From assembly GCA_964016885.1 (NCBI GenBank), contig OZ024751.1, positions 35,402,001 to 35,466,000 on the forward strand: a stretch of 64,000 bases of DNA. The letters are read 5' to 3'. The DNA comes from Eledone cirrhosa. Lineage: Eukaryota. Shown here piece after piece: positions 12,101-26,915 of this stretch (position 1 is its first letter; every line of letters starts with the position of its first letter). The translations under genes and the position numbers were made by a program. The notes under the pieces are model-generated. The model did not search any database and had not been told where the DNA came from. It saw nothing but the letters and a program-made list of their open reading frames with translations.

Positions 12101-15100
12101 ACAGGTAAACAGTAATGTGGTATTACAGGTAAACAGTAATGTAGTATTACAGGTAAACAGTAATGTGGTATTACAGGTAAACAGTAATGTAGTATTACAG
12201 GTAAACAGTAATGTAGTATTACAGGTAAACAGTAATGTGGTATTACAGGTAAACAGTAATGTGGTATTACAGGTAAAAAGTAATGTAGTATTACAGGTAA
12301 ACAGTAATGTATTACAGGTAAACAGTAATGTGGTATTACAGGTAAACAGTAATGTAGTATTACAGGTAAACAGTAATGTAGTATTACAGGTAAACAGTAA
12401 TGTAGTATTACAGGTAAACAGTAATGTGGTATTACAGGTAAACAGTAATGTGGTATTACAGGTAAACAGTAATGTAGTATTACAGGTAAACAGTAATGTG
12501 GTATTACAGGTAAACAGTAATGTGGTATTACAGGTAAACAGTAATGTAGTATTACAGGTAAACAGTAATGTGGTATTACAGGTAAACAGTAATGTGGTAT
12601 TACAGGTAAACAGTAATGTAGTATTACAGGTAAACAGTAATGTGGTATTACAGGTAAACAGTAATGTGGTATTACAGGTAAACAGTAATGTGGTATTACA
12701 GGTAAACAGTAATGTGGTATTACAGGTAAACAGTAATGTGGTATTACAGGTAAACAGTAATGTGGTATTACAGGTAAACAGTAATGTGGTATTACAGGTA
12801 AACTAATGTAGTATTACAGGTAAACAGTAATGTGGTATTACAGGTAAACAGTAATGTGGTATTACAGGTAAGTAGTAGTGTGACATTAATTAAAGGTAAG
12901 CAGTATTATTAGTTTACCTATTTCTTGTGGTAATGTACTTAGATTGTTTTCACCAGCACTTAGGTATGTCAGATCAGTGAGAGAACTGGAAAAAACAACA
13001 AATAATGAATTTATAATTGTACAACAAATTTATATACACACACACGCACACACACATATATATATATACAACTTATATACACACACACACACACACATAT
13101 ACAACAACCTATATACACACACACACACACACATATATATACAACTTATATATACACACACACATATATATACAACAACTTATATACACACACACACATA
13201 TATACAACAACTTATATACACACACACACATATAATATATATATATATATATACACACAACAATTTCTATATATATATATTTTACTTACCCAATGGCTCT
13301 TGGTAAACTGTTTAATTTATTTGATTGTACAACAAGTCGCTGAAGATTTCTCAGTTGACCTACAATTTTAAAAGTCGCCATCTTACATAACCATATTTAC
13401 TCACTGAAATATTTATCATATATCAATAATATTAATGTTTTCTAATTTATGCACGACCAGCAATTGGGGGTTGATTAAATTGGGCCCCAGTGCATAACTG
13501 GTGCTTTATTTTATCTAAGGATTCTTCCAAGCCACTGCTCTCATCACACCAATAACAAGGCAAAGTGTAAAGATAAAAAAAAACATTTCTTACATCTGTT
13601 ACCATGGTGATATGAAATCAGTTTCTATGATTTTAAATTAATTTTGAAAATAATCAAGAATTTGGCAGGACTTAATATAAAATTCCTCTGGAGTTTGGAA
13701 CATAGCTTAAAGGTTTTTTTACATAGGATTATGATGGGAGGGTTTTAGATGTCAGCTAAATATTGCAGAACTAGGGTTGGTTTTAGGTGGTTTGATATCA
13801 AATTATAGACTTAGAAAAATGAGGAAAATGAAAAAGAAAAAAAAAAAACACTTACCAATTTCTTGAGGTAAATTTTCAAGTTTATTTTCTTCTAAATCCA
13901 AGACTCTTAACTTTTTCAAGTTTCCTATTTTTGCTGGAAGTTTCTATAAAAGAAACAAACATATCTTTAAACATTTTTTAAACAAACAGCATTGGATCTT
14001 GAATCATAGAATGAGGGGAAGTTTCATGCAGTTTGCTCCTACCTGTCGGCCAGGATCCAGAGGTAGAGGGTAGGTTAGTTGGAAGCTATATAAGTTTATC
14101 AGAACAGGAAGAGGGTTAATGTTATAAAAAAAATAAATAAAAGTGGGATCTACTCACCCGAAGAAGATTATTACTTAGTGTAAGAACCTCAAGTTTTTGT
14201 AGATCTTGAATATCTTCAGGAATCTTGGACAGTTGATTAGTACCTAGATTTAACTCTACCATATTTAACCAAGTTCCAATGTCTACAGATACAGAAAGAA
14301 GAAAATAATTTAATTTTAAAATACAATACATTAGCAGATTATACATACATGTCCCGTCATCTGACAGTGCTGGTGCCAGGACAAAAACCACCCAGTTGGT
14401 AGTGACCCTGTATGATGGTAGTACTGGTGCCAAGAAAAAATCAAAAAAAAAAACAAGTCCACTCTGTAAGGTGGTAGTGGTGGTGACACAACAAAAAGCA
14501 CCCAGTCCACCCTGTAAGGTGACAGTACTGATGCCATGATGAAATGCTACCAGTATATGCTGTAAAGTGGTTGCTATTAGGTAGGGCATCCAGCCGTAGG
14601 CTACCAATCCAAAACAAAGTGTACAAGCAGGACCTAGTTACCTGCCTGGTCTGGCTTCAGCACATAACAGCTGTCGAACCCATGCAAGTATGGAAAAAAA
14701 TGTCAGTTGCTAGCAGCTAAATGGCAACTTCTTTAAGGGTCTTCACCCTATTTTATAGCATCTCTGCACATCATCACACCCTTCTATATATTAACTCCTC
14801 CACACTTACCCAAAGGTAATGATGTTAGCTGATTGTCTTTCATATTGAGTTTTGTCAAATATTGTGCCCGAGAAAATATACCATAAGGAATTTTGTTGAT
14901 TTGATTCTGTTCCAGGTTGATTGACTGAAATGAAATAAAGGAGAGTTCTAGAAGGTGTTATGACATATAATCTAATGTTTTCAGTTTTCACCTGGGAGTG
15001 GGGAAAAGGGACAAAGTATGTTGTCCCTTTGCTTTTCTTCTTTTAGCTGATAAAATAAAGGACCAGTTACGCACTGGAGTAGATTTAACTCAAGTAGAAA

Positions 15101-18100
15101 TCATTATAATAATAGGTTAATTAAAAGCAGCCTCGTTAGACCTACTTACATATGCTGAGCAAAACTGCGAAGGACCACCTGACGGATAGGATTGAAAGGC
15201 ATTCCGAGACAATGTGATTGTAGAGAGTTGAGTTAGACTTGACAGCAAACCTTCCTGAAGAAAGAAGAACAGAGGAAAATAGAGATTTATTTAATAATAC
15301 AAATAGTGCCATAGGTTTGGCAAACATACTACGTAACACAACACACACACTCTATACAATAAAATACACATACAAACACCCTAATACACCACAAACATTG
15401 TAAAATACAACATTACATAACACACACACCACACACATCTCAATACACCACAATGTAACACACACACCACACACATCTCAATACACCACAATGTAACACA
15501 CACATTACTAAATACACCACACACATCTCAATACACCACATAACCCACACAATATAACACTACACAACCCACACATTACATAAAACTACACATACTCTGC
15601 ATATCAACACACAATCTGCAATCAAGTTCATCTTTATCCAGTCTATTTTCCCCTGCTTTACTTTAGATGCAAGTTTATGTCTTCAAATCTTCCAGAAACA
15701 AGTAAAATAACAAAAAGAATATATATTTACAGGCAATGACGATATGTTGTTTCCTTCAACATTAAACTCATCCATATTTACACAATTTTCCAGCGATTTG
15801 GGGACCTTTGTTAAACTATTATATCTGAAATAGAAAAAATAAAATCATTAATAGATTTATAACAAAGTTAAATGATTATATATATATATATATGTGTGTG
15901 TGTATGTATGTATATATATATAAATATAATTTAATTTATAGTAGTTTCCTGAGCTATTTCAGAGAGCTACTTAGATAACTATCAATTCACTTTGCTGAAA
16001 CATCATAGCTATGTTGTAAAAAATTGAATAAATAAAATTATATATACTCTATTATCAATATTGAGTTCTGCTTCTCTTATGGACTACAAAATCCATGAAC
16101 AGGCAGTTCCATCAATTTACTGGAACATTTATCATAGTAACCAACGGAGTGTCATAAGAAATAAAATGTAAAGCTGTAAAACAGAGATCACAGAAAAAGA
16201 TACGAACCTTAAACCTAATCTTGTAAGTGATCGTAAATTGCCGATAGAGGAAGGTATGTCCAGTAATTCATTATGTTGGAGGTCTAAGGAATTCAGCATA
16301 ACACAATTACCAATTTCTACAATAGAAACAAAATATATATATGTATATATATGTATGTATTTATGTGTATATATAGTTTGCAGTGCTGAGGAAGATGGTG
16401 TGGTATATTAGGGATTTCGAGACTAGAAACATGTAGTGACATAACGATGACCTGTTAGCCGAGATATTGATATATCTACCATGATCAATCAACCCTCTGA
16501 TACACACGTACACACAGACATATACACACATATACAGACAGATACACCCATACACAGACAGATACACCTACACACACACAGACAGATACACATGCACACA
16601 CTCATAGACACCCATATATAGGTGAGAATTAGTAACAACTTACCTTCAGGTAGATGTTCAAGATGGTTATGAGAAATATCAAAAGTAACAAGGTTTACAA
16701 GATTTCCCACACCCTTTGGAAGTTCCTTGATTTTATTTTCTCTTAAACTAAACATGGCTAAATTCTACAAAGAAAAAATATTAAATTAAATATACATATA
16801 TAATAGATAGATATATAGATAGACAGACAGACAGATAGATATAGAGACAGATAGACATATAGAGATAGGTATATAGCTAGATACATAGAGATACGTATAG
16901 TTAGATATATAGGTAGGTAGATGTACTCACAGTCAAATTATTTATGGCTTCATCTACTAATCTTATTCTATTGAACCGTAAAAACAAGGTTGTCAATGAA
17001 CTGAGTTTATATACAACATCTGGTATCTGAAATTGGAAGAGGAATTAAATGGTAAGGATTTCATTTCAACTATCATACAGTTTTAAATTATCAGAGATAA
17101 AAATTAAAGAAATACTGTCATTACATACACAGACATACACTTCTTGCTTGACGAGGCCAGGGTCATTCCAAGTCAGCGATACCAAAGCATCGTCGATTTT
17201 GAAAAGTTCATAGGCTGACTATGAAAGAGTGATGCGAGAGCTGTGAAATCTTGCATTAATTTCAACTCTTCTTATTAATAACTGCATTGTTTCTTTCCTT
17301 AGACTATGTTGAAAATTAAACCTCATTTGGTCATCTCATGAGAGTATCTTGGTCAGCCTATGAACTTTTTCAGCCTACCCTCATATAGATAGACATATGT
17401 GTATATATATATACACACATATATGTATATATATATACACACACACACATCATATACAGAAATTATTTATTATGCCTAAAATCCAATAAACTGAGATTGG
17501 AGAAATGTCATTACAGACACACAGACACCCACGTACAAACACATGTGCACACATATATACATATATTCACACACATATATACATATATACATACATATAT
17601 ACATACAAACACATATATACACAAATAGATGCATACACACATACACAAACACATCCTGTACAGAAATTTTAATAATAATACAAAATAATTTTTTTTTTAA
17701 ACCCACAGTAATTTAAATTGTTTCTCGCCCTAAACTAAACTCCTTACCTCATTTAATTTATTATGCCTAAGATCCAATACTTTAAGACGTTTTAAATTTG
17801 CCAGGGATTCAGGGAGTGTTGTCAAGTTATTTTCACTCAACGCAAGTGTTTGCAGATTATTTAACCAACCAATCTCTGTGGGGAGCATTGATAAACGGTT
17901 TCCATACAAATAAAGCTCACTTAGCTGGGTTAACTGAAATTTACAAAGTTGAAACTCACAATTAATACAAACAAACATATTTTTATATAGGCACAAGGCC
18001 AGTAATTTTGGGGGGAGGGGAAAGTTGATTAAATCGACTCCAGTGCATTACTGGTACTTCATTTTATCGCCCCCCGTAAGGATGAAAGGCAAAGTCAACC

Positions 18101-21100
18101 TCGGCGGGATTTGAACTCAGACCGTAAAGGGACGTAACTATGCTGGAAAGCATGGCGTCCGACTATCTACCGATACTGCCAAATAATCCTAAGACAGGCA
18201 CAAGGCCAGAAATTTGGGAGAAAGGGGAGAGTTTATCAACCCCAGAAGGATGTAAGGCAAAGTTGATCCAGGCAGAATATAGTCTATCATATTACCCCCA
18301 GTACGTTACATGTCCGTGAAATACTTTCACAAGGAAGCTGTTCTGTTGATTAAACAGGAACACTCGCCATCAACAGTTCCATTCCATTTTATAATTAAGA
18401 CATAACAAAAATTTATTGATCAAAGAGCAGACCTGAGGTGATGTTGTCCACTTCTGTCTGTAGGGGGTTATATGTTAACCTGCCCACTTCTGTCTGTAGG
18501 GGTTATATGTTAACCTGTCTACTGTCTGTAGGGGGTTATATGTTAACCTGTCTACTGTCTGTAGGGGGTTATATGTTAACCTGTCCACTTCTGTCTCTAG
18601 GGGGTTATGTTAACCTGTCCACTTCTGTCTCTAGGGGGTTATATGTTAACCTGTCTACTGTCTGTAGGGGGTTATATGGCCACGCGATTGATTGATTGTT
18701 TATAATTAAGATAAAAGCAACAAATTTCAATGATACTAACCTCTTTAACAGAGCTGGGTATGACAGTTATCTGCAGGAAAATAAATGCAAAAGAAAAATT
18801 AATGGATGAAATAGAAAATATTATTTAACAAATAAAAAATTATAAAATGAAACACTCACACAAGACAAACGGACAGACATTAACAAAAGAAAACAATATT
18901 TTATGTCTGCTGTTAAAATTTATTACCTTGAATTAGAATGAGGGGCCATTTCAGACAGTTTTGTAACAGAAGGGTTAACATTTACTACTTTGAATGAGAA
19001 CAAGCGACAGTTTGTGAATTTAATATAAAAATATAATGACAGGTTTTACTTACTTGAGACTTACTAAGATCTAATCTCTCAGCACCTTCTTCTTTACATT
19101 TGTTAAATTCTTTACTTACATCCTACAATTAGAAATATTAGACATTCAGCAGTTTAGAAATCACAAATCAAATAAAATACAATGTAGAATTATATATATA
19201 TTATAGATTATGATATTCTGCATTTATTTGTGTATAATACCACTTGTGTATAACACATCTTAGGTTTCTGAAGCTAAAAGAAAAACACACACACAAATAA
19301 AATACTGGAATAAATTCCACCCTTGTGTATAATACCACCCCAAAATACAGCAGGAGCAGCCGGCACATGATTGCTAAGGTTATAAACAAGGAAAGTGTTA
19401 AAAAGTCTCACCAAATCAGCCTTTACTGATGGGCGCTTGGATGGTACTGTAGGTTTTGCTCCTTTCTGACCAGGAGTAGTCACTGTTACTTGACGGGGTC
19501 TGCTCGTATCTCCAGCTAGGGATGAAGAACTGCCTTTTTTCTCCTACAAATATTGAATAGAAGACAAAAGTTTAGTTTTTTAAAGCAAAACATAAAACAT
19601 ACAACATATATTTTACAGTTATTTCCCTGTTAACTCTAGGATCAGTCTTGCAGCCCCCATATTTAGTTTAACCCTATCCTCAGCATGTGACTATCACTCA
19701 CCCCTCCCACTCATCATCACAGTTGCTTACCCTTCCCTAGAACAAAATGGCCTCCAACTATCTGTAACCATAGCAACAGCCATGCCATGACTATAGCAAC
19801 TACCACACCTAGTTACCTGTGACCATAGTAACAGTTATATCGAGTTACCAGTGACCATAGCAACAGATATATGTATGTGGCAGTTACCATAGCAACAGCT
19901 ACCAGTGACCATAGCAACAGGCACAATAATGTATGGTGAACAAGGAGTGATAAAACAAAGAATATATTCAACAGAGCAAACTTTCTGGGGGAGACAGACA
20001 TTCCTGAAAGGCAATAATTAACTGAGGTGAAAAGCCTAACGAGCTGATGCTGAAAGGGATTAATGAAATATGGAGGGGATATTTACAACAAAATAATATC
20101 ACATATTGAATGGGTCCCTGAGTATTCCAGTTGTCAACAGAACAACCTACTTATTAACTTGAGACTGAGCATTCCACATATATGTAATTCTCAGGGAGAT
20201 TCAGCTGACCCATTGAATTACAGGTACCATCTATCTAACAGATTTCCAAACAGTTTCTGTTGAACCAATTACACTGACAGGAATGGATTGACCCTGATGA
20301 CATACAGTGGGATTGAACCCAGGACCTAATGACTGTGAAGCAAACTTCTTAACCATTTAGCCACACAGCACCCACACCCCATCATATTCCATTTCTACAA
20401 CTACTAAGTCATATATTAAAGATACTAAACAACTAAACAGGCAAAACAATGACAAATACTATCATGGATTTGGAAATAAAAAATAAATAAAAATGTTATC
20501 TATGGAAGACCAACTGCAAGGGTCGGCTGAAAAGTTCATACTCATAGGCTGACTATGAAGGATTGATGATAGAGCTGTGAAATCTTGGTCTGTTAGATCA
20601 GAGCAGAAAACAATGTTTCCATTGGTCTTTCCATTGCTGATACTATCTGTCAGTCACAACGCCTGATAGAAGGAACTGGTTTAACTGTACAATAGGCTGA
20701 ACTTTATCATTGACTTGGTCTTTGTAGATCAGTCCAACCCTTCCTAGTAGGGAAAGGATGATATTAGATGATGATGATGATGGTGATGATGAAATATATG
20801 TGTCAGGAGCTTTAATCTATATTAATCTCTTCTCTATCTGCAATGGTAGTATTGTAGCATGGCCAAAAGGTTTGTTTCACAAATATTAGGTCCTAGGTTC
20901 AATTCAACTGCATGACATCTTGGGAAAGTGTCACATACCAGAGTTTTGGGTCGACCCAAACCTTGTGAGTGACATTGTGTAGGTGGAAACTGTGTGGAAG
21001 CCCTATGGATGGACTGAATCTCCCCGAGAATTACGTTATGGGTACACTTGTTTGGAATGCTCGCCCACATGCTTCACAACCATATGGTTTCATGTTCACT

Positions 21101-21197
21101 CAAACTGTGTGGCACCTTGGACAAGTGTCTTCAATACCCTTGGGTTCAACAATACCATTTTGATGAAATTTGGTGGATGGAAGCTGCAGAAGCCTAT

Positions 21198-21232
<35 letters not shown>

Positions 21233-24200
21233 ATATATATATTTGTGTGTGTGTGTGTCTATGTCCCATAACTTTGTGGTTCAACAAAATAAGTACCAGA
21301 CTTGAAAAAAGTAAATACTGGGATTGATAAGATCAACTAAATTCTTTTAAGACGGTACCCCAGCATGGCCACAGTCTAATGACTAAAACCTGTAAAAGAG
21401 TTTTATATATATATATCTAAAGTTAGCGAGTCTGCCTAATATTAATTCTTCTAATTCCACCCGATCTTCCTTTTTTTTAATTCAAAATTTCTCTTCAGTG
21501 TATGATTTAAGAAAGCTGAAGGTCAGTTTTTTCCTAAAATAGCAGAGTTTGAAACTTGAGACAGCTTCAGTGCTGGTCATTAGTGACAAAGTTAAGAGAC
21601 GGAAGTGAAGAAAAATGTTAATTCTTAACATAGACCTCACAGAAAACATTGTTTACAGCACAGCATTACTATATGATGCTGTGAAAGTGGTTTAGGATGG
21701 CTTTGTGGTTGGATGTTCAGCTTGCAATCTTAATATCGTGGGTTCAATCCCTGGAAACATGCTCTGCCCTTCACAAGTACACTTTATTTCATGTTACTCC
21801 AGTCCACTCAACTGGGTAAAAAAAAAAAAAAAAATCAGTTGTACTTGTAATTCAAAAGGGCCAGCCTTGAAACAGTGTGTCGTGTTGAATGTCCCTGAAA
21901 ACTACATGAAGAGGACACGTGACAGTAGAATGCTCAGCCACACTTGCACGTTAATCTCATGAGCAGATTATTTTGTTGCTTTAACAACCAAGAAGACTGG
22001 GAACTGACAGATGTCCCCCCCCCCCCCCCCACACTACATGACAGTATTGTAGCTCACACCTATGTAGATTTACTTCACTGTTTCTCAATCTTTTCATCCT
22101 TATGGATCATTTGGGGTGTTAAAAACAATTTCAAGCCCACAGAATCACAAATAGAAATTCCATGTAATTGGAAATATATTTTATTTACAAAAGTAAAATG
22201 TAGTAGAAAATATAAATCCTGACAAATGACTACACTACTCTTAGTGACTACCAGCTTATCAAGTTAAACTTCCATGCCTTGGTTCAGCTTAGTAGGGGGA
22301 AAAAAAACTAGAGTTTCAAAGCCCACCTATTTTCCTTCAGCCAACTCCAGGCCCACTTGTGGACCCAAGAGCCCATGTTGAGATTTGTTAGTTTAACTGA
22401 CCTTTCATGAGGTTGCATTTCTAAGGAGGTTTCTTGGATGTTTTAACCCATTAACTACCAACCTGGTCCAAACTGCCTCTATTTTTGTGAAACAAAACAG
22501 TTCCTATTTAAATCAAAACCTTTCAACATAATTTTATATCGGAACCTTTTAAGTTATCTTACAAATATCATCTTAATAATATAGCAATTCCAGTAAATTC
22601 TTCCAAATCTTAACTCGTCCTTTAATATAGTTTGTTAATCCAAATGTTTATAGTATCTTCACTGATGGAAAGATCATTGTAAAAATTTTCAGTATTAAAC
22701 TTTAATTTTTCATGTGGTACAGAGTGGTGTTTTGCATTTTTCAATGATGTCTTGCTAATGTGGTTTCATGTGGTACCAGAGGTTAAAAGTCAATGTGAAG
22801 CGTTCATAGTGATGTCTTGTACTTTTCAATGCTGTCTTGATAATGTGGTTTCATGTGGAACAGGATGTTAAGAGTTAATGTGATGCAGTCATAGTGATGT
22901 CTTATACTTTTCAATGATGTCTTGATAATGTGGTTTCCTGTGGTACAGGATGTTAAGAGTTAATGTGATGCAGTCATAGTGATGTCTTGTACTTTTCAAT
23001 GATGTCTTGATAATGTGGTTTCCTGTGGTACAGGATGTTAAGAGTTAATGTGATGTCTTATACTTTTCAATGATGTCTTGATAATGTGGTTTCCTGTGGT
23101 AGAGGATGTCAAGAAAGTACATCAATACATCAGTATAGAAACTGGACATAAAACAGTGATGATGGTGATGTCAGTGTTAGAAATATAGTGATGAAAGGGT
23201 TAATGATAGGGTCGTTAGTCTTATCATCATTACAGCATGATGTAGTTGTGTTTGTCTATGTTGCAACATGGAATCCCATTTGTCTAATAACTCCCTAGTA
23301 TTGGTGATCTACATGATAAACAGACCCAGTACACACTGCAAAGTGGTTGGTATTAGGAAGGGTATCCAGTCATAGAAAACTAGTGCTGATGCCATGATAA
23401 AATACACTTAGTAGAATGTGGGACCATACGTAAGCAAGATTGAGCCCAGTCCATCTGAAAGGTCAGTAACCCCTTGCTAGCAGGGAAAGTGGACATTAAG
23501 CTAAATTAATAAAAAGTTCTTGTATAAAATTATGAGGAAAGAGTATAATTATCCCTTTAGCATTTAAACTGGTCGTATCCGGCCAGAATTCTCTCATTTC
23601 TTTCTGTTCAAACCAGCTGTAACTGGTCACTCATACTGATGTTAAGGTATTGTTCTCAAAATAGATAATATAAATATCTCCTAGATTCGATATTATGTGA
23701 GATAAAGCCTTTACCACAAAAATACAATAATATATATAGAGAGTAATGTAAAATGCTAAAAGGTTAAAATTTCAACAGAAAGGAGAAATTTTGTATGATA
23801 GAATCAGTTTTAGGCTGGATGGTATAAGAAAGGTTAATTTAGCTCCACTTCAGGATTTACTTGGTTTATGTAGACCAGTCCAACCCTGGCTAGCAGGGAA
23901 AGCAGACATTAAACAATGATGATAGAGACCAATAAAGATTGGAATATTAACATATACTCAGGTAACTAGTCTGTATAGTTCCAGGTATGATAACAATTTC
24001 TATTGTAAACAATAGTTATCTGTATCATAAGGTGTAGAAAAAACTGAGTATAAGAGGAATGAATCGCAGTAAATAGGGAAGGAGGTTGATAGACATGTAT
24101 TGTGTATGGATGATAATCATTAGAGAGGTGTTAGGAGTATATATGTGTGTGTATCCACGTTTGTTTATGTTCCACGACTTAACAGTTTGACAAAAAGAGA

Positions 24201-26601
24201 TTGATAAATAGGTACTGTGGTTAATATAACTGACTAAATCCTATAAGGCTGCAATCCTATAAGGCAATCCTATAAGGCTAAATCCTATAATCCATCAGAA
24301 TGGCTGCAATCAAATGACTGAAACCATCATTGTTTTACACCATCCTTCCATGCTAGCATTGGTGTAGTGATTGTCATGGGCTGAGAGATATCTTGTTTGT
24401 ACATTCCATGGAGACCTCATCTCACATGCTTTCTATACCTAGTTGCCCTTCTTAACACTAACCACCTTATCCACTATATATACTATTGTATTTTCACAGT
24501 AAAGACTTTACCTCATAATATCTCTCACAACATTTACATTACTCTATATATACTATTGTATTTTCACAGTAAAGGCTTTACCTCATATTTACATTACTCT
24601 ATATATACTATTGTATTTTCACAGTAAAGGCTTTACCTCATATTTACATTACTCTATATATACTATTGTATTTTCACAGTAAAGGCTTTACCTCATTTAC
24701 ATTACTCTATATATACTATTGTATTTTCACAGTAAAGGCTTTACCTCATATTTACATTACTCTATATATACTATTGTATTTTCACAGTAAAGGCTTTACC
24801 TCACATAATATCGAATCTACGAAATTTTGATATTTATTTTGAGAACAATACCTTAATGTCAGTATGAGGGGCCAGTTTATTCTGGCCGGATATGGCCAGT
24901 TTAAATCATCACCATCATCATCATTTGATGTCCATATTTCCATGTTGGTATGGGTTGGACAGTACTTAATAGTAGTTACAGTCCTTCGAGAGGGGCCAGG
25001 TGCTATATCTTGTTTTCATGCATTCCAGTTTTGGCAAAATTTCTCTAACTGGATGCCCTTTAGTTTTGTGATATGGAGACAAATCAACACCACTGGTGTT
25101 AGCTTTGTGTTTTAATGATAGAGACCCCAGTTTTATGCTGTTACAGTTCACACCTATGTAGGTTTAGCTGGCCTCTACCAGGTTGAATCTCAGGTTTCTC
25201 ATGTGTTTTGATTATAGTGGCCCTAGCTTTGTTACAGCTCACACCTATATAGGTTGATTCTTATAGGTTTCTCATATTTTAATGATAAAAATTAATCATA
25301 AAGACACCAGATTATTGCAGGAGTTAACCCTCTCCCCCCTTAGTTGCTGTGGCTACTTTTCTTTTTTCAACTGAGAATAGAGCACTGAAAAATGAAAGGT
25401 GCTCCAAGAATTGAACCCATGACCATATGATTTTGAGTCCAACACCCTAGCCACTAGGCCACACACCTTGGCCTCATTATTGCTTGACCAACTTATTTTA
25501 TTTTTGTCTTTAATCGGCTTTGAATTCCTCTCACTCGGGAGGAGTGTCATAACCATCGATTCCGGAGTGATCAAAGGTAAAATCAATGCCGTTATAATAT
25601 AGTAAATATATTTCCCATTCAATTTAAGGTGTTGTATGGCCAACATTTTGGGTTGAGTGGGGTGGAGTATAATCGATTGCTTAAGAGGATATGAAGATAA
25701 TCAATCAACACTGGTGTAATATCGATACCAAACAATAACATCATTGTGTGTCCAGTCATATCTCAACCTGTTTACATCATGTGTTTATTAAATTTATGCC
25801 TAAAAATCCTCACACGATATATTATATATAGCATTAAAAAAACCCCGGTTTCTACAAAACCGTACAACAGATATAACCTATCTCTATACTGAATTTTTTC
25901 TACTTTTAATTATTCAAATAATTAGATTCTAATTATTAATATAATTAGATGTTTCTTCTTTTTTTTTAAATAGAAAAATATACATTAACCCATTTGATAT
26001 CAAATCGCCTGAAACAACCCCTGGTTCTATGATACAAAACTGTTTATTTAAAAGTGTTTATATTTATCAAAAACCCTTCCACCATAATTTTATGTAAGAA
26101 TCTTTGCTAAGTTATATTTCAAACATCAGCTTAATAATGAAAAAGTCAATTATATTTACTAAATCCCTCGAAATCCTTGATTTTTTTTTCAAAATGATTT
26201 GAAAATTACAGGCAACGTATTTCGTGAGAAATATGGTTAAGGAAAGGGTTAATATGTTTATAAGCAAGCCTAAAATAGCCAGAGATAAACGGATTAAATT
26301 GATGAAGCCATTATAATGGAAGGAAGAAGAATCTACCATTGCTATATTGCATGTGATGGTGAGAGAGGGTAACAATAAAACCTGGAATTGTAACTAACAT
26401 TCACTTCTTTTCAGTTGGGTTCTTAAAACCAGACTTGGAAACGAAAATCTTAAAAAAATGTATTATTTAAATTAAATAAATTATTCCACAATGAGCTGGT
26501 AAAATCATTAAATAATAAAAATGTTTTGATGTGAGTGTGAAATAATTGATTCGTTTGGATACATTTTCCTAGTTCAGTTTATGGCAGTGGTCACAACCAA
26601 C

Positions 26602-26648
<47 letters not shown>

Positions 26649-26782
26649 GGGGGGGGGCACTGAATATTCGAAGTCATCACAGCCACCTCTTTCTTCAGTA
26701 AATAAACCTTACGTCTCATTTTCCATGTATTGAGTGCTCAAACGTTTTATATACACGTTTATTTAAAACATCCACCACGGTG

Positions 26783-26814
<32 letters not shown>

Positions 26815-26878
26815 TAAAAAAATGTATATGTATGCATTTCTATGTGTGTGAAATGTGGTCCCCCCAGCGTAGAGGATA

Positions 26879-26915
<37 letters not shown>

